Shown here in pieces: positions 37,797 through 47,864 of a DNA stretch of 64,000 bases (the stretch's first letter is position 1; each line of letters starts with the position of its first letter). A model generated the notes under the pieces. That model made no database searches. It was not told the origin of the DNA and saw nothing but the letters and a program-made list of their open reading frames with translations. The DNA lies in assembly GCA_965227515.1 (NCBI GenBank), contig CBDDFZ010000002.1, positions 192,001 to 256,000 on the forward strand. The letters run 5' to 3'. This stretch comes from Alphaproteobacteria bacterium (GTDB taxonomy: Bacteria > Pseudomonadota > Alphaproteobacteria > CALKHQ01). Made by a program: the position numbers and the translations under genes.

Positions 37797-38956
37797 CGGA
37801 AACGCCCGCGCGCAACATTCCGTTCGGCAAGCCGATGCTGGGCGACGCCGAGCGCGCGGCGGTCGCCGAAATACTGAGCGGCACGCAACTGGTGCACGGC
37901 CCGGCGGCGGCGGCGTTCGAGCGCGCGTTCGCGGCGCGGGCCGGGGTGGCCCATGCCGTTTCGGTGTCGTCGTGCACCGCCGCCCTCCATTTGTCGCTGT
38001 TCGTCAGCGGCATCGGCCCCGGCGACGAGGTGATCGTGCCGGCGATGACCCATGTCGCAACGGCCCATGCGGTGGAGTTCTGCGGTGCCACGCCGGTGTT
38101 CGCCGATGTGCTGCGCGACAGCGGCAACATCGACCCGGACGCGGTGGCGGCAGCGATCACGCCCAAGACTCGCGCCATCATGGTGGTGCATTATCTGGGG
38201 CTGCCCTGCGACATGGACCGGTTGCGCGCGCTGGCGGCCGACGCCGGTGCGTTGGTGGTGGAGGACTGCGCGCTGGCCGTCGACGCCACCTACGATGGGC
38301 GCAAGGCCGGCGGGTTGGGCGATATCGGCTGCTTCTCGTTCTATCCGGTCAAGCACATGACCACGCTGGAAGGCGGCATGGCGACCACCGACAACGACGA
38401 ACTGGCCGCCGCCATTCGCAAGCGCAAGGCATTCGGCTACGACCGCATGCTGGGCGAGCGCGCCAAGCCCGGCATCTATGACGTCGACGAGCTGGGCTAC
38501 AACTACCGCATGAACGAGGTGCAGGCCGCCATCGGGCTGGCGCAGCTCGACCGGCTGGACGGCTTCCAGAAAAGGCGGCGCGAGAACTTCACGGTGCTGT
38601 CCGAGCGCCTGGCGCAATCTCCCGATATCACCGTGTTCGCACCCGCCCAGGGCAAGGCGGTATCCTCGCACTACTGCCTGAACGCGGTGCTGCCGGCCGA
38701 CGGCCGCATCGACCGCGATGCGGTTGTCGCCACGCTGAAGGCCAAGGGCGTCGGCTCCAGCGTGCACTATCCGGTGGCGGTGCCGCTGATGCGCTATTAC
38801 CGCGACAAGTACGGCCATGCCGACGGCGCCTTCCCGGTTGCCGAGTGGCTGGCGGCCCAGACAATTTCGCTGCCGGTCGGGCCGCACATGGATGCGGACG
38901 ACGCGGCCTATGTCGGCGATGCGGTGGTCGCCGCCGTCGCAGAGGGAGGTTCATGA
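37793..38956 (+). CDS. DegT/DnrJ/EryC1/StrS aminotransferase
   Basis: SSCTAALH, VEDCA, SFYPVKHMTTLEGG (PLP Lys) and GYNYRM motifs. Confidence 0.92.
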   Translation: MTETPARNIPFGKPMLGDAERAAVAEILSGTQLVHGPAAAAFERAFAARAGVAHAVSVSSCTAALHLSLFVSGIGPGDEVIVPAMTHVATAHAVEFCGATPVFADVLRDSGNIDPDAVAAAITPKTRAIMVVHYLGLPCDMDRLRALAADAGALVVEDCALAVDATYDGRKAGGLGDIGCFSFYPVKHMTTLEGGMATTDNDELAAAIRKRKAFGYDRMLGERAKPGIYDVDELGYNYRMNEVQAAIGLAQLDRLDGFQKRRRENFTVLSERLAQSPDITVFAPAQGKAVSSHYCLNAVLPADGRIDRDAVVATLKAKGVGSSVHYPVAVPLMRYYRDKYGHADGAFPVAEWLAAQTISLPVGPHMDADDAAYVGDAVVAAVAEGGS

Positions 38957-40035
38957 CCGACAGCTTCGACTACAACGATGTCGTCAGGAAACTGGCCGGC
39001 GAGCGCGTGATGCTGGTCGGCGGGGCGGGCTTCATCGGCCACAACCTGGCGCTGGAGCTCAGGCGGGTCGGGGTGGAGACCATGGTGGTCGACAACCTGA
39101 TGGTGAACAGCCTGATCGAGAGTGTCTACGACACCGACAGTGCGATGGTGCAGGCGCGCGCCTACCTGAACTTCCTGCTCGACCGCTTCAAGATGATGCG
39201 CGACGCAGGCGCGGAATTGCGCAATGCCGATGCCCGCCTGGTCGGCGACGTGGCGCGGGTGTTCAACGAGTTCCGGCCGACCAAGGTGGTGCACCTGTCG
39301 GCCATCGCCAGCGCGGTCGATGCGCGGCAGAACCCCGGGCTGTGCTTCGACCTGCAGCTCGTCACCCTGCGCAACGTGCTGGAGCAGTGCCGGCTGGTGC
39401 ACGACCAGGTCAACCAGGTCATGTTCCTCAGCTCCAGCACGGTCTACGGCGACTTCGAGAGCGATACGGTGGACGAGAGCACGCGGCCTCGCCCGCGCGG
39501 CATCTACGCCAATGCCAAGTACATGGGCGAGCGGCTGGTGCGCACCTATCACCACCAGAATGGCATCGGCACCACGATCATTCGGCCGAGCGCACTCTAC
39601 GGCGAGCGCTGCAAGTCGCGGCGGGTGAGCCAGGTGTTCATCGAGAATGCGCTGGTCGGCAAGCCGCTACTGCTGGAAGGTGGTGGCGACGGCAAGCTCG
39701 ACTTCACCTATATCCGCGACCTAGTCGAGGGCATGGTGCGCGCGCTGGCGCTGCACAAGGGCCGTGGCAGCTCGGAGACCTTCAACCTCACCTTCGGCAA
39801 TGCGCGTACCATCGCCGAACTGGCCGCGATCGTGAAGGAAGTGGTGCCCGAGGCGATCCTGGAGGAGCGGCCGCGCGCCCAGGACAAGCCGATCCGCGGC
39901 ACGCTGTCGACAGACCGGGCCCGCGATATTCTCGGCTTCGTGCCGCAATGGCCGCTCGACAAGGGCTACCGCGCGTACTGCCAGTGGTATGTCGACCAGT
40001 GGCGGCGCGCCGAACGGGACATCAAGGCGAATTGA
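38953..40035 (+). CDS. NAD-dependent nucleotide-sugar epimerase/dehydratase
   Basis: GGAGFIG, SSSTVYG, YANAK and DFTYIRD motifs. Confidence 0.9.
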   Translation: MTDSFDYNDVVRKLAGERVMLVGGAGFIGHNLALELRRVGVETMVVDNLMVNSLIESVYDTDSAMVQARAYLNFLLDRFKMMRDAGAELRNADARLVGDVARVFNEFRPTKVVHLSAIASAVDARQNPGLCFDLQLVTLRNVLEQCRLVHDQVNQVMFLSSSTVYGDFESDTVDESTRPRPRGIYANAKYMGERLVRTYHHQNGIGTTIIRPSALYGERCKSRRVSQVFIENALVGKPLLLEGGGDGKLDFTYIRDLVEGMVRALALHKGRGSSETFNLTFGNARTIAELAAIVKEVVPEAILEERPRAQDKPIRGTLSTDRARDILGFVPQWPLDKGYRAYCQWYVDQWRRAERDIKAN

Positions 40036-40724
40036 CGACTGCCTTGATATTCGCGCGGATGGATTCCCGGCGTTTGCCGGGCAAGGTGCTGGCCGACCTG
40101 GGCGGCAAGCCGTTGCTGGCGCGCGTGGTTGACCGGATGGCGCTGGCCACCCGCGTGGACCGGCTGATCGTCGCCACCTCCGACCGGGCCGTCGACGCGC
40201 CGGTGGCGGCGTGGGCGGACGACAACGGCCTCGCCTGCTTCCGGGGCGATGTGGACGACGTGGCCGGGCGTGCGCTTGCCTGCTGCCGGGCCGAGGGGCT
40301 GGATGCGTTCGTGCGCATCAGCGGCGACAGCCCGTTCATCGATCCCGATGTGGTGGATGCCGTGTGCGCGCGCTTCGACGAGGACGGGCCAGACATCGCG
40401 ACAAACGTGCATCCGCGCACCTTTCCGCCTGGCGTCAGCGCCGAGGCGATCTCGGTCGCGGCACTGACCCGTGCGATGGAGAACCCCGGGCCCGGCGACC
40501 GCGAGCACGTCACCACCGCGTTCTACGACGCACCGGCGCGCTGGCACATCGCCAACGTGGAGTCCGGCCGTGACTTTGCCGGGCTCAGGCTGACCGTGGA
40601 CGAGCCGGCGGACCTAGACCGCGCGCGGCGCATCCTGGCGGGGGCCGGTTCGGCACCCGAGCGGCTTTCGCTGGACCAGATCGCGGCACTGGCGGCCGAT
40701 ACCACCGAGATGGCGGCGCAATGA
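40032..40724 (+). CDS. SpsF-type cytidylyltransferase, copy 1
   Basis: ARMDSRRLPGKVL, RISGDSP, REHVT and RLTVDEPAD motifs; TTG start overlaps the upstream stop. Confidence 0.88.
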   Translation: MTTALIFARMDSRRLPGKVLADLGGKPLLARVVDRMALATRVDRLIVATSDRAVDAPVAAWADDNGLACFRGDVDDVAGRALACCRAEGLDAFVRISGDSPFIDPDVVDAVCARFDEDGPDIATNVHPRTFPPGVSAEAISVAALTRAMENPGPGDREHVTTAFYDAPARWHIANVESGRDFAGLRLTVDEPADLDRARRILAGAGSAPERLSLDQIAALAADTTEMAAQ

Positions 40725-42004
40725 GCGGCAACGGCCAGCTCGCGATCCTGGGCGGCACGCCGGTGATCGACGGGCCGCTGCCGCCCTATCGCTCGATGGG
40801 CGAGGGCGAGCGCCGGGCAGTGCTGGAGGTCATGGACTCAGACTGCCTGTCCGGCTTCTACGGCAGCCCGGGACCGGAGTTCCACGGTGGCCCGCAGATC
40901 CAGTCCTTCGAGGCCGAATGGCGCGCCTTTTACGGCGTCGAACACGCCATCAGCGTCAACTCCGCCACCTCTGGGCTCTATGCCGCCATCGGCGCGCTCG
41001 GCATCGGCCCCGGCGACGAGGTGATCGTGCCGCCGTGGACCATGTCGGCCTCGGTGATGGCGCCGCTGATCTATGGCGCGCTGCCGGTGTTTGCCGACAT
41101 CGAGGACGAGACCTTCGGGCTCGACCCGGCGGCAGTGGAAGCCGCGGTCACGCCGCGCACCCGTGCTATCGTAGCGGTGAACCTGTTCGGCCATGCCGCC
41201 CGTCTGGGTGAGTTACGCGCCATCGCCGACCGGCATGGCCTGGCGCTGATCGAGGACAACGCCCAGGCGCCGCTGGGCATGGACAACGGTCGCCGCACCG
41301 GCACCGTCGGCGATATCGGCGTGTTCAGCCTGAACTACCACAAGCACATCCACACCGGTGAGGGCGGCATCTGCGTTACCGACGACGCCGGACTGGCCGA
41401 GCGGCTGGCCCGCATTCGCAACCACGCCGAGAACGTGGTCGACCCCGACGATGCGGCCGGCCTGGTCAACATGATCGGCTTCAACTACCGGATGACCGAG
41501 CTGAGTGCGGCCATCGGCCGGGTCCAACTCGGCGATATCGAGCGTCATGTCGCGGGGCGCGAAGCGCTGGCGGGAGCGGTCTCGGACGGGCTGGCCGACC
41601 TGGAGGGCGTGACTGTTCCCCATGTCCGCGATGGTTGCCGTCACAACTACTACTGCTGGACCGCCCGGCTGGACGAGGCCGCACTCGGCGTCAGCCGGCG
41701 CCAGTTCAGCCGCGCTCTCGCCGCCGAGGGGTTTCCCCACGCCACCGGCTACCTGGCGCCGCTCTATGAGCTGCCGGTGTTCAAGCACCGCATCGCCATC
41801 GGGGCGGATGGCTATCCGTTCAATACGGGCGACGTGCGCTACGAGACCGGCATGTGCCCGGTGACCGAACGGCTGCACCGGTCCGAGGCGTTGTTGTTCG
41901 AGCCGTGCAGCATGGCGCTCAGCGACGGGCTCGCCGACCGGCTGGTGACTGCGTTCCGCAAGGTCCATGCCAATCGCGGCGAACTGCGCAAGCTGAACGA
42001 CTGA
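40721..42004 (+). CDS. DegT/DnrJ/EryC1/StrS aminotransferase, second copy
   Basis: NSATSGL, IEDNAQ, SLNYHKHIHTGEGG and GFNYRMTE motifs. Confidence 0.92.
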   Translation: MSGNGQLAILGGTPVIDGPLPPYRSMGEGERRAVLEVMDSDCLSGFYGSPGPEFHGGPQIQSFEAEWRAFYGVEHAISVNSATSGLYAAIGALGIGPGDEVIVPPWTMSASVMAPLIYGALPVFADIEDETFGLDPAAVEAAVTPRTRAIVAVNLFGHAARLGELRAIADRHGLALIEDNAQAPLGMDNGRRTGTVGDIGVFSLNYHKHIHTGEGGICVTDDAGLAERLARIRNHAENVVDPDDAAGLVNMIGFNYRMTELSAAIGRVQLGDIERHVAGREALAGAVSDGLADLEGVTVPHVRDGCRHNYYCWTARLDEAALGVSRRQFSRALAAEGFPHATGYLAPLYELPVFKHRIAIGADGYPFNTGDVRYETGMCPVTERLHRSEALLFEPCSMALSDGLADRLVTAFRKVHANRGELRKLND

Positions 42005-42759
42005 TGGCTGCTTCGAAAGTCTTTGCCAGCATCGAGGCGCGCATGGGCGCCAGTCGCTTTCCGGGCAAGGTGGTGCAGCCGATTGCCGGCGTGCCCGCGC
42101 TCGCCCGGATGATCCGCCGGGTCCGGCAGGCGGCGTCGCTGGACGGCATCGTGGTCGCCACCACCGACAAGCCGGGCGACGACCCGGTTGCCGCGCTCGC
42201 CGAGGCGGAGGGCGTGGCGGTGTTTCGTGGCAGCGAGGACGACGTGCTCGACCGCGTGCTGCGCGCGCAGCAATCGATGGACGCCGGCTTGGATACCCAC
42301 GTGGTGGTCGAGCTCTGCGGCGACTGCCCGCTGATCGACCCGGCGGTGATCGACCGCGCGGTGGCGGCATTCCTGGAAGGCGATGCCGATATCGTCACCA
42401 CCACCAGCCCGCAATCCTACCCGCATGGTATGGACGTGGAGGTGTTCGCGCTCGCCGACCTGGCCGACATGGCCGCGCGCATCGACGACCGCGAGGTGCG
42501 CGAGCACGTCTCGCTGGAGTTCTATCGCCGACCGGAGCGCTACCGCCTGCGTAACCTGGAGGCGCCGGCCGACGCGCATGCGCCCGATGTGCGCCTGCTG
42601 CTCGACTATCCGGCCGACCTTGCCACCCTGGACGCGGTTTGCCGCGCGGTGGAAGCGGCGCACGGCGCGCGGTTCACCACCGCCGATGTGCTTGCGGTCT
42701 TGCGGGCCAACCCCAAGCTTGCGGACGCCTGCCGCGTCCATGCCGAGGCGGCGCAATGA
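42004..42759 (+). CDS. SpsF-type cytidylyltransferase, copy 2
   Basis: EARMGASRFPGKV, RGSEDDVLDR, GDCPLIDP, REHVS and LDYPAD motifs. Confidence 0.9.
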   Translation: MAASKVFASIEARMGASRFPGKVVQPIAGVPALARMIRRVRQAASLDGIVVATTDKPGDDPVAALAEAEGVAVFRGSEDDVLDRVLRAQQSMDAGLDTHVVVELCGDCPLIDPAVIDRAVAAFLEGDADIVTTTSPQSYPHGMDVEVFALADLADMAARIDDREVREHVSLEFYRRPERYRLRNLEAPADAHAPDVRLLLDYPADLATLDAVCRAVEAAHGARFTTADVLAVLRANPKLADACRVHAEAAQ

Positions 42760-43769
42760 GCTTGCGCACCGTCATCATCGGCTTCGGCCAGCAGGCCGAC
42801 ACCCTGGCCAACGATGCGCGGATGGCCCGCTATTTCCCGAAGGCGACCCACGCCGCCGTGCTGCACGACCACCCGGCGTTCGACTGGTGCGCCGTGGTCG
42901 ACCCCGATCCTGCAGCCCGCGCACGCGCCACCGAGCGCTGGGGCATCGCCGAGACAGTCGCCGACGTTGGCGAACTGGCCGATCCGGGCGCCTTCGACTG
43001 CGCCGTGATCGCAACCCCGCCGATGCACCGGCGCGGTCTGCTGGAGCGCCTGCCGGGCCTGAAGGCGGTGATGCTGGAGAAACCTGTCGCCGACACGTTG
43101 TCTGCCGCTGAGCAGCTCGGCACGGCCTGCCAGGCACGCGGCCTGAAGGTGCAGGTAAACTACTGGCGGCGCGGTGTGGTGGCGTTCCGGGCGCTCGCGG
43201 ATGGCGGCCTTGCCGAACGGGTCGGTGCCGTGCAGACGGTCTTCGGCGTCTACGGCGGCGGTCTGCGCACCAACGGCAGCCATCTGATCGACTTCGTGCG
43301 CATGCTGGCCGGCGAGATCGCCGGGGCCGCGCCGGCGCGCGACGCCCGTCCGGCCGCCGATGCGCCGGTGCCGGGAGACATCGCCGCCACGCTCGACCTG
43401 ACGCTGGCCGATGGTGCGCCGGTGCGGCTGGTACCGCTCGACTTCGGTCACTACCGCGAGGTCGGGCTCGATATCTGGGGCACGCGCGGGCGGCTCTCGA
43501 TCACCCAGGAGAGCCTGGTCGCGCAAGCTTTCCCGGTGGTGGACAACCGCGGCCTGGAGAACGCGCGCGAGGTGGCGTCGGACCGGCCGGTCTCGCTGAA
43601 CGTGGTGCCCGCAGACGCCTTCAAGACTCTCTATGACAATCTGGCCGACAGCATTGCCGTCGACACCGCGCTGGTGAGCCCGCTGTCGTCGGCGCTGGCG
43701 ACCGAGCGCCTGATCGACATGGCGGTTGGGGACCACGCGGCGGCAACACCGAAGGTGCGCCTGGCATGA
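42756..43769 (+). CDS. Gfo/Idh/MocA oxidoreductase
   Basis: IIGFG, IATPP, LEKP and NGSHLID motifs. Confidence 0.85.
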   Translation: MSLRTVIIGFGQQADTLANDARMARYFPKATHAAVLHDHPAFDWCAVVDPDPAARARATERWGIAETVADVGELADPGAFDCAVIATPPMHRRGLLERLPGLKAVMLEKPVADTLSAAEQLGTACQARGLKVQVNYWRRGVVAFRALADGGLAERVGAVQTVFGVYGGGLRTNGSHLIDFVRMLAGEIAGAAPARDARPAADAPVPGDIAATLDLTLADGAPVRLVPLDFGHYREVGLDIWGTRGRLSITQESLVAQAFPVVDNRGLENAREVASDRPVSLNVVPADAFKTLYDNLADSIAVDTALVSPLSSALATERLIDMAVGDHAAATPKVRLA

Positions 43770-44824
43770 TCCGCTACGGCAAGACCAATGCCGAGTACAT
43801 GAAGCAGAAGGCGGTGTTCTACGACCTGGACGCCAATCGCGCCTGGGTTACCCGCGCCGCCGAGATCGCCGCGATCTACCGCGCCCAGCCACTGCGGCCG
43901 GGCTGCGTGGTCTGCGGCACGCCACTGGGTGCTCCCGCCTTCACCCTGCATGGCGCCGACTACAGCTTCTGCGGGTCGTGCGGCCACTTCAACGGCCACC
44001 ACCAGGACACGCCCGACTTCGCGCGCCAGCTCTATGCCACCGATATGAACGAGGGCGCGGAGGTCTACAGCGACGTCGACCGCGAGGCCTTCATGGGCCG
44101 TGTGCGCTCGATCTACGTGCCGAAGGCCGACTTCATGCGCGATGCGCTGCGGGAGCAGGGCGAGGACCCGTCGGCCCTGACCTACGCCGACCTCGGCGCC
44201 GGGGCCGGCCATTACGTGATGGCGATGCGCGAGCTCGGCTATGCCGCGACCACTGGCTACGAAGTCTCGCCGGCGATGGTGGCGCAGGGCAACGCCATGT
44301 TCGGCGAGACGGTGCTGCACGAGAACACCATCGACGAGCTGCCGGAGATCGCGCGCACGGTCGATGCCGACGTCATCACCATGATCTTCTCGCTGGAGCA
44401 CATCGAGGGACTGCGCACTTTCGTGCAGGCGGTGGTCGACAACCCGCGCGTGCGCTTCTTCTATTTCGCGGTCCCGACGGTCAGCCCCAGCATCGCTTTC
44501 GAGGCGCTGTTTCCCCAGGTGATGCCGCGCATTCTGGGCTTCGGCCACACCCATCTGTTCTCCGACGCGTCCATCGACGTGCTGTGCCGCGATTTCGGCC
44601 TGACGCGGACGGCGGAGTGGTGGTTCGGCAGCAACGCGTTCGACCTGCACCGCTATGTGGCGACCCAGCTTGCCGACGACCCGGCGCTGGCACCGATGGC
44701 CGAGCATTGGGGCGAGATGCTGCTGCCGATGATCGACGACCTGCAGCTTGTGTTCGACCGGCACAAGATGGCGTCCGAGGTCCACATGTTCACCCGGGTA
44801 GATCGACAGGGAGTGCAGCGATAG
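43766..44824 (+). CDS. Class I SAM-dependent methyltransferase with zinc-ribbon-like N-terminus
   Basis: CVVC...CGSCGH, ADLGAGAG and SLEHI motifs. Confidence 0.8.
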   Translation: MIRYGKTNAEYMKQKAVFYDLDANRAWVTRAAEIAAIYRAQPLRPGCVVCGTPLGAPAFTLHGADYSFCGSCGHFNGHHQDTPDFARQLYATDMNEGAEVYSDVDREAFMGRVRSIYVPKADFMRDALREQGEDPSALTYADLGAGAGHYVMAMRELGYAATTGYEVSPAMVAQGNAMFGETVLHENTIDELPEIARTVDADVITMIFSLEHIEGLRTFVQAVVDNPRVRFFYFAVPTVSPSIAFEALFPQVMPRILGFGHTHLFSDASIDVLCRDFGLTRTAEWWFGSNAFDLHRYVATQLADDPALAPMAEHWGEMLLPMIDDLQLVFDRHKMASEVHMFTRVDRQGVQR

Positions 44825-44829
44825 CCGGT

Positions 44830-45999
44830 ATGGCGAAAGTGGCGATCTACGTGGAAGATCCCGGTGCGGCCAATTTCGTGGCCGGGCTGGTGCCGGCGCT
44901 TGCCGCCCAGGGGACGCCGCCGCAATTGTTCGCCGATGGTGCCGGTGCGGGCCAGCTCGCAGCGCTCGGCCTGACGCCCGCGCCGGGCGAGGGTGCAGCG
45001 GCGGCGCTGGCCGATGCGGACGCGTTGCTGGTTGGCGTGTGCGAGAACCGGCGCACCATCGGGCATGAGCTGGTGGACCAGGCGAGACGCGACGGTATCG
45101 TCGTGTTCGGCGCCATCGACGGGCCCTCGCCGACGGCCGCGCGCATGTTCAGCGGCGAGGGCGACAACCCGCTGGCCCATGCGCCGGACTGGCTGCTGGT
45201 GCCCGATGCGATCACCCGGCGGGACTTCGTGGCCATCGGGTTCGGGAACGAGCGGATCGTCGAGGTTGGCCATCCGCACTACGACCGCGTGCTGCGCAAG
45301 CGCGACGCGTTGGAGCGCCAGGGGCGCGCGGCGCTGCGGCGGCGCTGTTTCCCCGACCTCGCGCATGACCGCCCGATCCTGGTGTTCCTGGCCGAGTTGT
45401 CGGACGGCCTGGACCCGGCGGCGTTCCACCGCAGCCCCGACTACACGCTGGCAGGCTGGGGCGACGACGACCGGCGCACCCATGTGGTACTGCAGGAAGT
45501 GCTCGATGCCCTCGACGGAGTTGCTGCGCGACCGCAGCTCGTCCTGCGCCTGCATCCGAAGAACGAGGCGGCCGAGTTCACGCGCTATGCCGAGCGCATC
45601 GACCGGGTGAGTGCCGACGAACCGGCGATGGAGGTGGTGTTCGCCGCCGACATGGTCGTCGGCCTGTCGACCATGCTGCTGGCGGAGGCGGCGCTGCTGG
45701 GCCGACCGGTGCTATCGGTCCTGCCGCGCGCCATCGAGCGCGAATGGCTTCCAGCGGTGGTCGGCCCCCAGCTGCCGTGGGCGTGCGACCGCGCAGGCGT
45801 GCGGGCTGCCATGGCGCGGCTGGTCGCGGGACAGGGCGGACGCCTGGACATCGACATCAGCGGACTGGCTGGCGTCGGGGAGCGAGCCGCGCGCGCCATT
45901 CTCGATATCGTCGAACGGCGGGCACAGGCTTCGCGCGACGGGATCGGCCGAGCCGTGGGCGGCCTGGGACGTGCTGGAGTGCGACAACAGGCGTGGTGA
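44830..45999 (+). CDS. GT-B-fold putative glycosyltransferase
   Basis: VGHPHYD, LRLHPK and ADMVVGLSTMLLAEAALLGRP resemble the GT-B C-domains of CMP/CDP-donor transferases. Confidence 0.6.
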   Translation: MAKVAIYVEDPGAANFVAGLVPALAAQGTPPQLFADGAGAGQLAALGLTPAPGEGAAAALADADALLVGVCENRRTIGHELVDQARRDGIVVFGAIDGPSPTAARMFSGEGDNPLAHAPDWLLVPDAITRRDFVAIGFGNERIVEVGHPHYDRVLRKRDALERQGRAALRRRCFPDLAHDRPILVFLAELSDGLDPAAFHRSPDYTLAGWGDDDRRTHVVLQEVLDALDGVAARPQLVLRLHPKNEAAEFTRYAERIDRVSADEPAMEVVFAADMVVGLSTMLLAEAALLGRPVLSVLPRAIEREWLPAVVGPQLPWACDRAGVRAAMARLVAGQGGRLDIDISGLAGVGERAARAILDIVERRAQASRDGIGRAVGGLGRAGVRQQAW

Positions 46000-46997
46000 G
46001 CCCGGCGACAGACACCCCGAAGCGCCCGGCGCGTTCGGCCGCTGCCAACCGGGATGCCTATCTGTGCTTTTGCGAAGAGGTCACAGCGGAGGCTTTCCGC
46101 GACCATATCCGGGCCCACCAGGACCAGCCGTTCGAGGACGCCTGCGCTGCCCTGGGCGTGGCCAGCAAGTGCACCGCCTGTTTGCTGAATGCTGAGAACG
46201 AGTTCGTGGAGGCGGCGCGGGGCAGCGCCAAGCCCGGCGAAACCGGCAAGCACCGGGCGCCACAGACCGGTCACGACCGGCCGACCGGCCGGCACCGCAT
46301 CTATGCGCTGCTGGATGCCGTTTCGCCATCGCTGGCGCGCCGCATCCCCGGGATCATTCCCATCATCGCCGGGCCGGGCATCAAGACGACACTGGCATTT
46401 TCCAACGTGGCGCCGCCGCTGATCGGGGAACGCGCGCCGGCCTTCGACATATCGATCGAGACCCACGACAGCGAGGGTCGGCTGGTCGACCGGGTGCGCG
46501 ACCGCGTGGAACGCAACAGCAGGCGGGAGTTCGAAGTCTCGAAGGGCATCTCGGGCGGTGCGGTGGATGGCATCTCCACCGGCGCTTGCTTCCTGACCTA
46601 TCGGGCCCATGGCGGCAGCGGCTACCTTGGCTGCATCCGGCCGCACTTCAAGGTCGAGTCCGCGATTTCGGTGTCATCGGTTCATTCGGCGGCGGGCGGC
46701 GCGCGCCACGCCTATATCGAGGCGCGTCCGGCCAATCCGGCGGAGCGCCAGTACGTGTCGGTGGTCAATGCCGCGACCCGTCCCGCCTCGGTCAAGGTGA
46801 CGACCCTGGTGGATGGCGCACCGGTCGGTACAGGGACATGGGCGGTGCCGGCGCGCGGCGCCCGGCTGTGCGCGGTCCCAGCCGGCGCACCGCTGGACGC
46901 GGTGGTCGGCGTGGCGGCCGAGGCGGATAGGCCCGTTCGATGGCATTTCATGGTGGCCGAAGGCACGCCGCCGCGACTGTCGCTGGATCACATCTAG
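45996..46997 (+). CDS. Hypothetical protein with N-terminal BFD-like [2Fe-2S] motif
   Basis: YLCFCEEVT...KCTACL (CxC...CxxC); GTGA overlap with the upstream gene. Confidence 0.65.
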   Translation: MSPATDTPKRPARSAAANRDAYLCFCEEVTAEAFRDHIRAHQDQPFEDACAALGVASKCTACLLNAENEFVEAARGSAKPGETGKHRAPQTGHDRPTGRHRIYALLDAVSPSLARRIPGIIPIIAGPGIKTTLAFSNVAPPLIGERAPAFDISIETHDSEGRLVDRVRDRVERNSRREFEVSKGISGGAVDGISTGACFLTYRAHGGSGYLGCIRPHFKVESAISVSSVHSAAGGARHAYIEARPANPAERQYVSVVNAATRPASVKVTTLVDGAPVGTGTWAVPARGARLCAVPAGAPLDAVVGVAAEADRPVRWHFMVAEGTPPRLSLDHI

Positions 46998-47009
46998 GAC
47001 GCCCGGTCC

Positions 47010-47864
47010 GTGGCCCTTTATAAGTACTTGTTGCCGCTGATCTCCGTGGCGCCGCCGCCCGGCTATCGGCTGGTGCAAACCATCGGCGCGGGTCAGTTGC
47101 ACGACATCCTGGATCGGCCGAAAGCCGACGTCGTCGTTTGCCAGAGCCTGGTGTCCGGCGGCGTCGAGACCCAGCAGTTCCGGCATGAGCTGGCAATAGA
47201 CCAGGACCATCGCACTTTGCCGCCGGTGCGCATCAGCCTGGACGCCCAGGACGACGACGCCTGGGCAACGGGAGAGGCGCTGCCCTACGTCGAAACCCAC
47301 GCCGAGGTCCTAGGCGACGCCAATTTCGTCAGCCACTTCCCGCCGGACTTCTACACCATCTACAGCGGGCCCGAACGCAAGTCGTTCTTCAGCGACAACG
47401 CGCTGAAATACGGCAACACGGTCACGATCTATCAGATCCAGGCCTTCGGCGCCTGGGTGGAGGGCTATCCCACCTCGATGGTCGATCCGGCGCGCGATAT
47501 CGACGAATCGCTGGTTCTGTTCAATCCGTTCACGCGACCGGCGGTGGTTGACGTGACCCTGGAAGGCATTCCCGACAAGCGGCGGTTCCGCATCGATGCG
47601 ACATCGGGCCGGCGCATCAGCCTGGCCCACGCCTTCGACCTCGGCGAAACGGGCTGGGCGGGGCAGGTCTATGTCTCGGGCCGCAACCGGGTGGTGATGT
47701 ATGTCGCCAAGCACTCGCTCGCCGATCCATCGAAGGTGACGACAATCGAACATTCCAACCCCTATCGCGGCGAGCCCACCCATGAGCCCGCGACCCAGGT
47801 GCTGCGTCGGCGCGTGGGGACGGCATTGATGAGGTTGCGCGCGCGCGTGAGCGGAGAAGCATGA
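47010..47864 (+). CDS. Hypothetical protein, distantly similar to the C-terminal region of the preceding gene
   Basis: Coding-like codon bias; fills the operon gap; stop overlaps the next ATG. Confidence 0.7.
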   Translation: MALYKYLLPLISVAPPPGYRLVQTIGAGQLHDILDRPKADVVVCQSLVSGGVETQQFRHELAIDQDHRTLPPVRISLDAQDDDAWATGEALPYVETHAEVLGDANFVSHFPPDFYTIYSGPERKSFFSDNALKYGNTVTIYQIQAFGAWVEGYPTSMVDPARDIDESLVLFNPFTRPAVVDVTLEGIPDKRRFRIDATSGRRISLAHAFDLGETGWAGQVYVSGRNRVVMYVAKHSLADPSKVTTIEHSNPYRGEPTHEPATQVLRRRVGTALMRLRARVSGEA

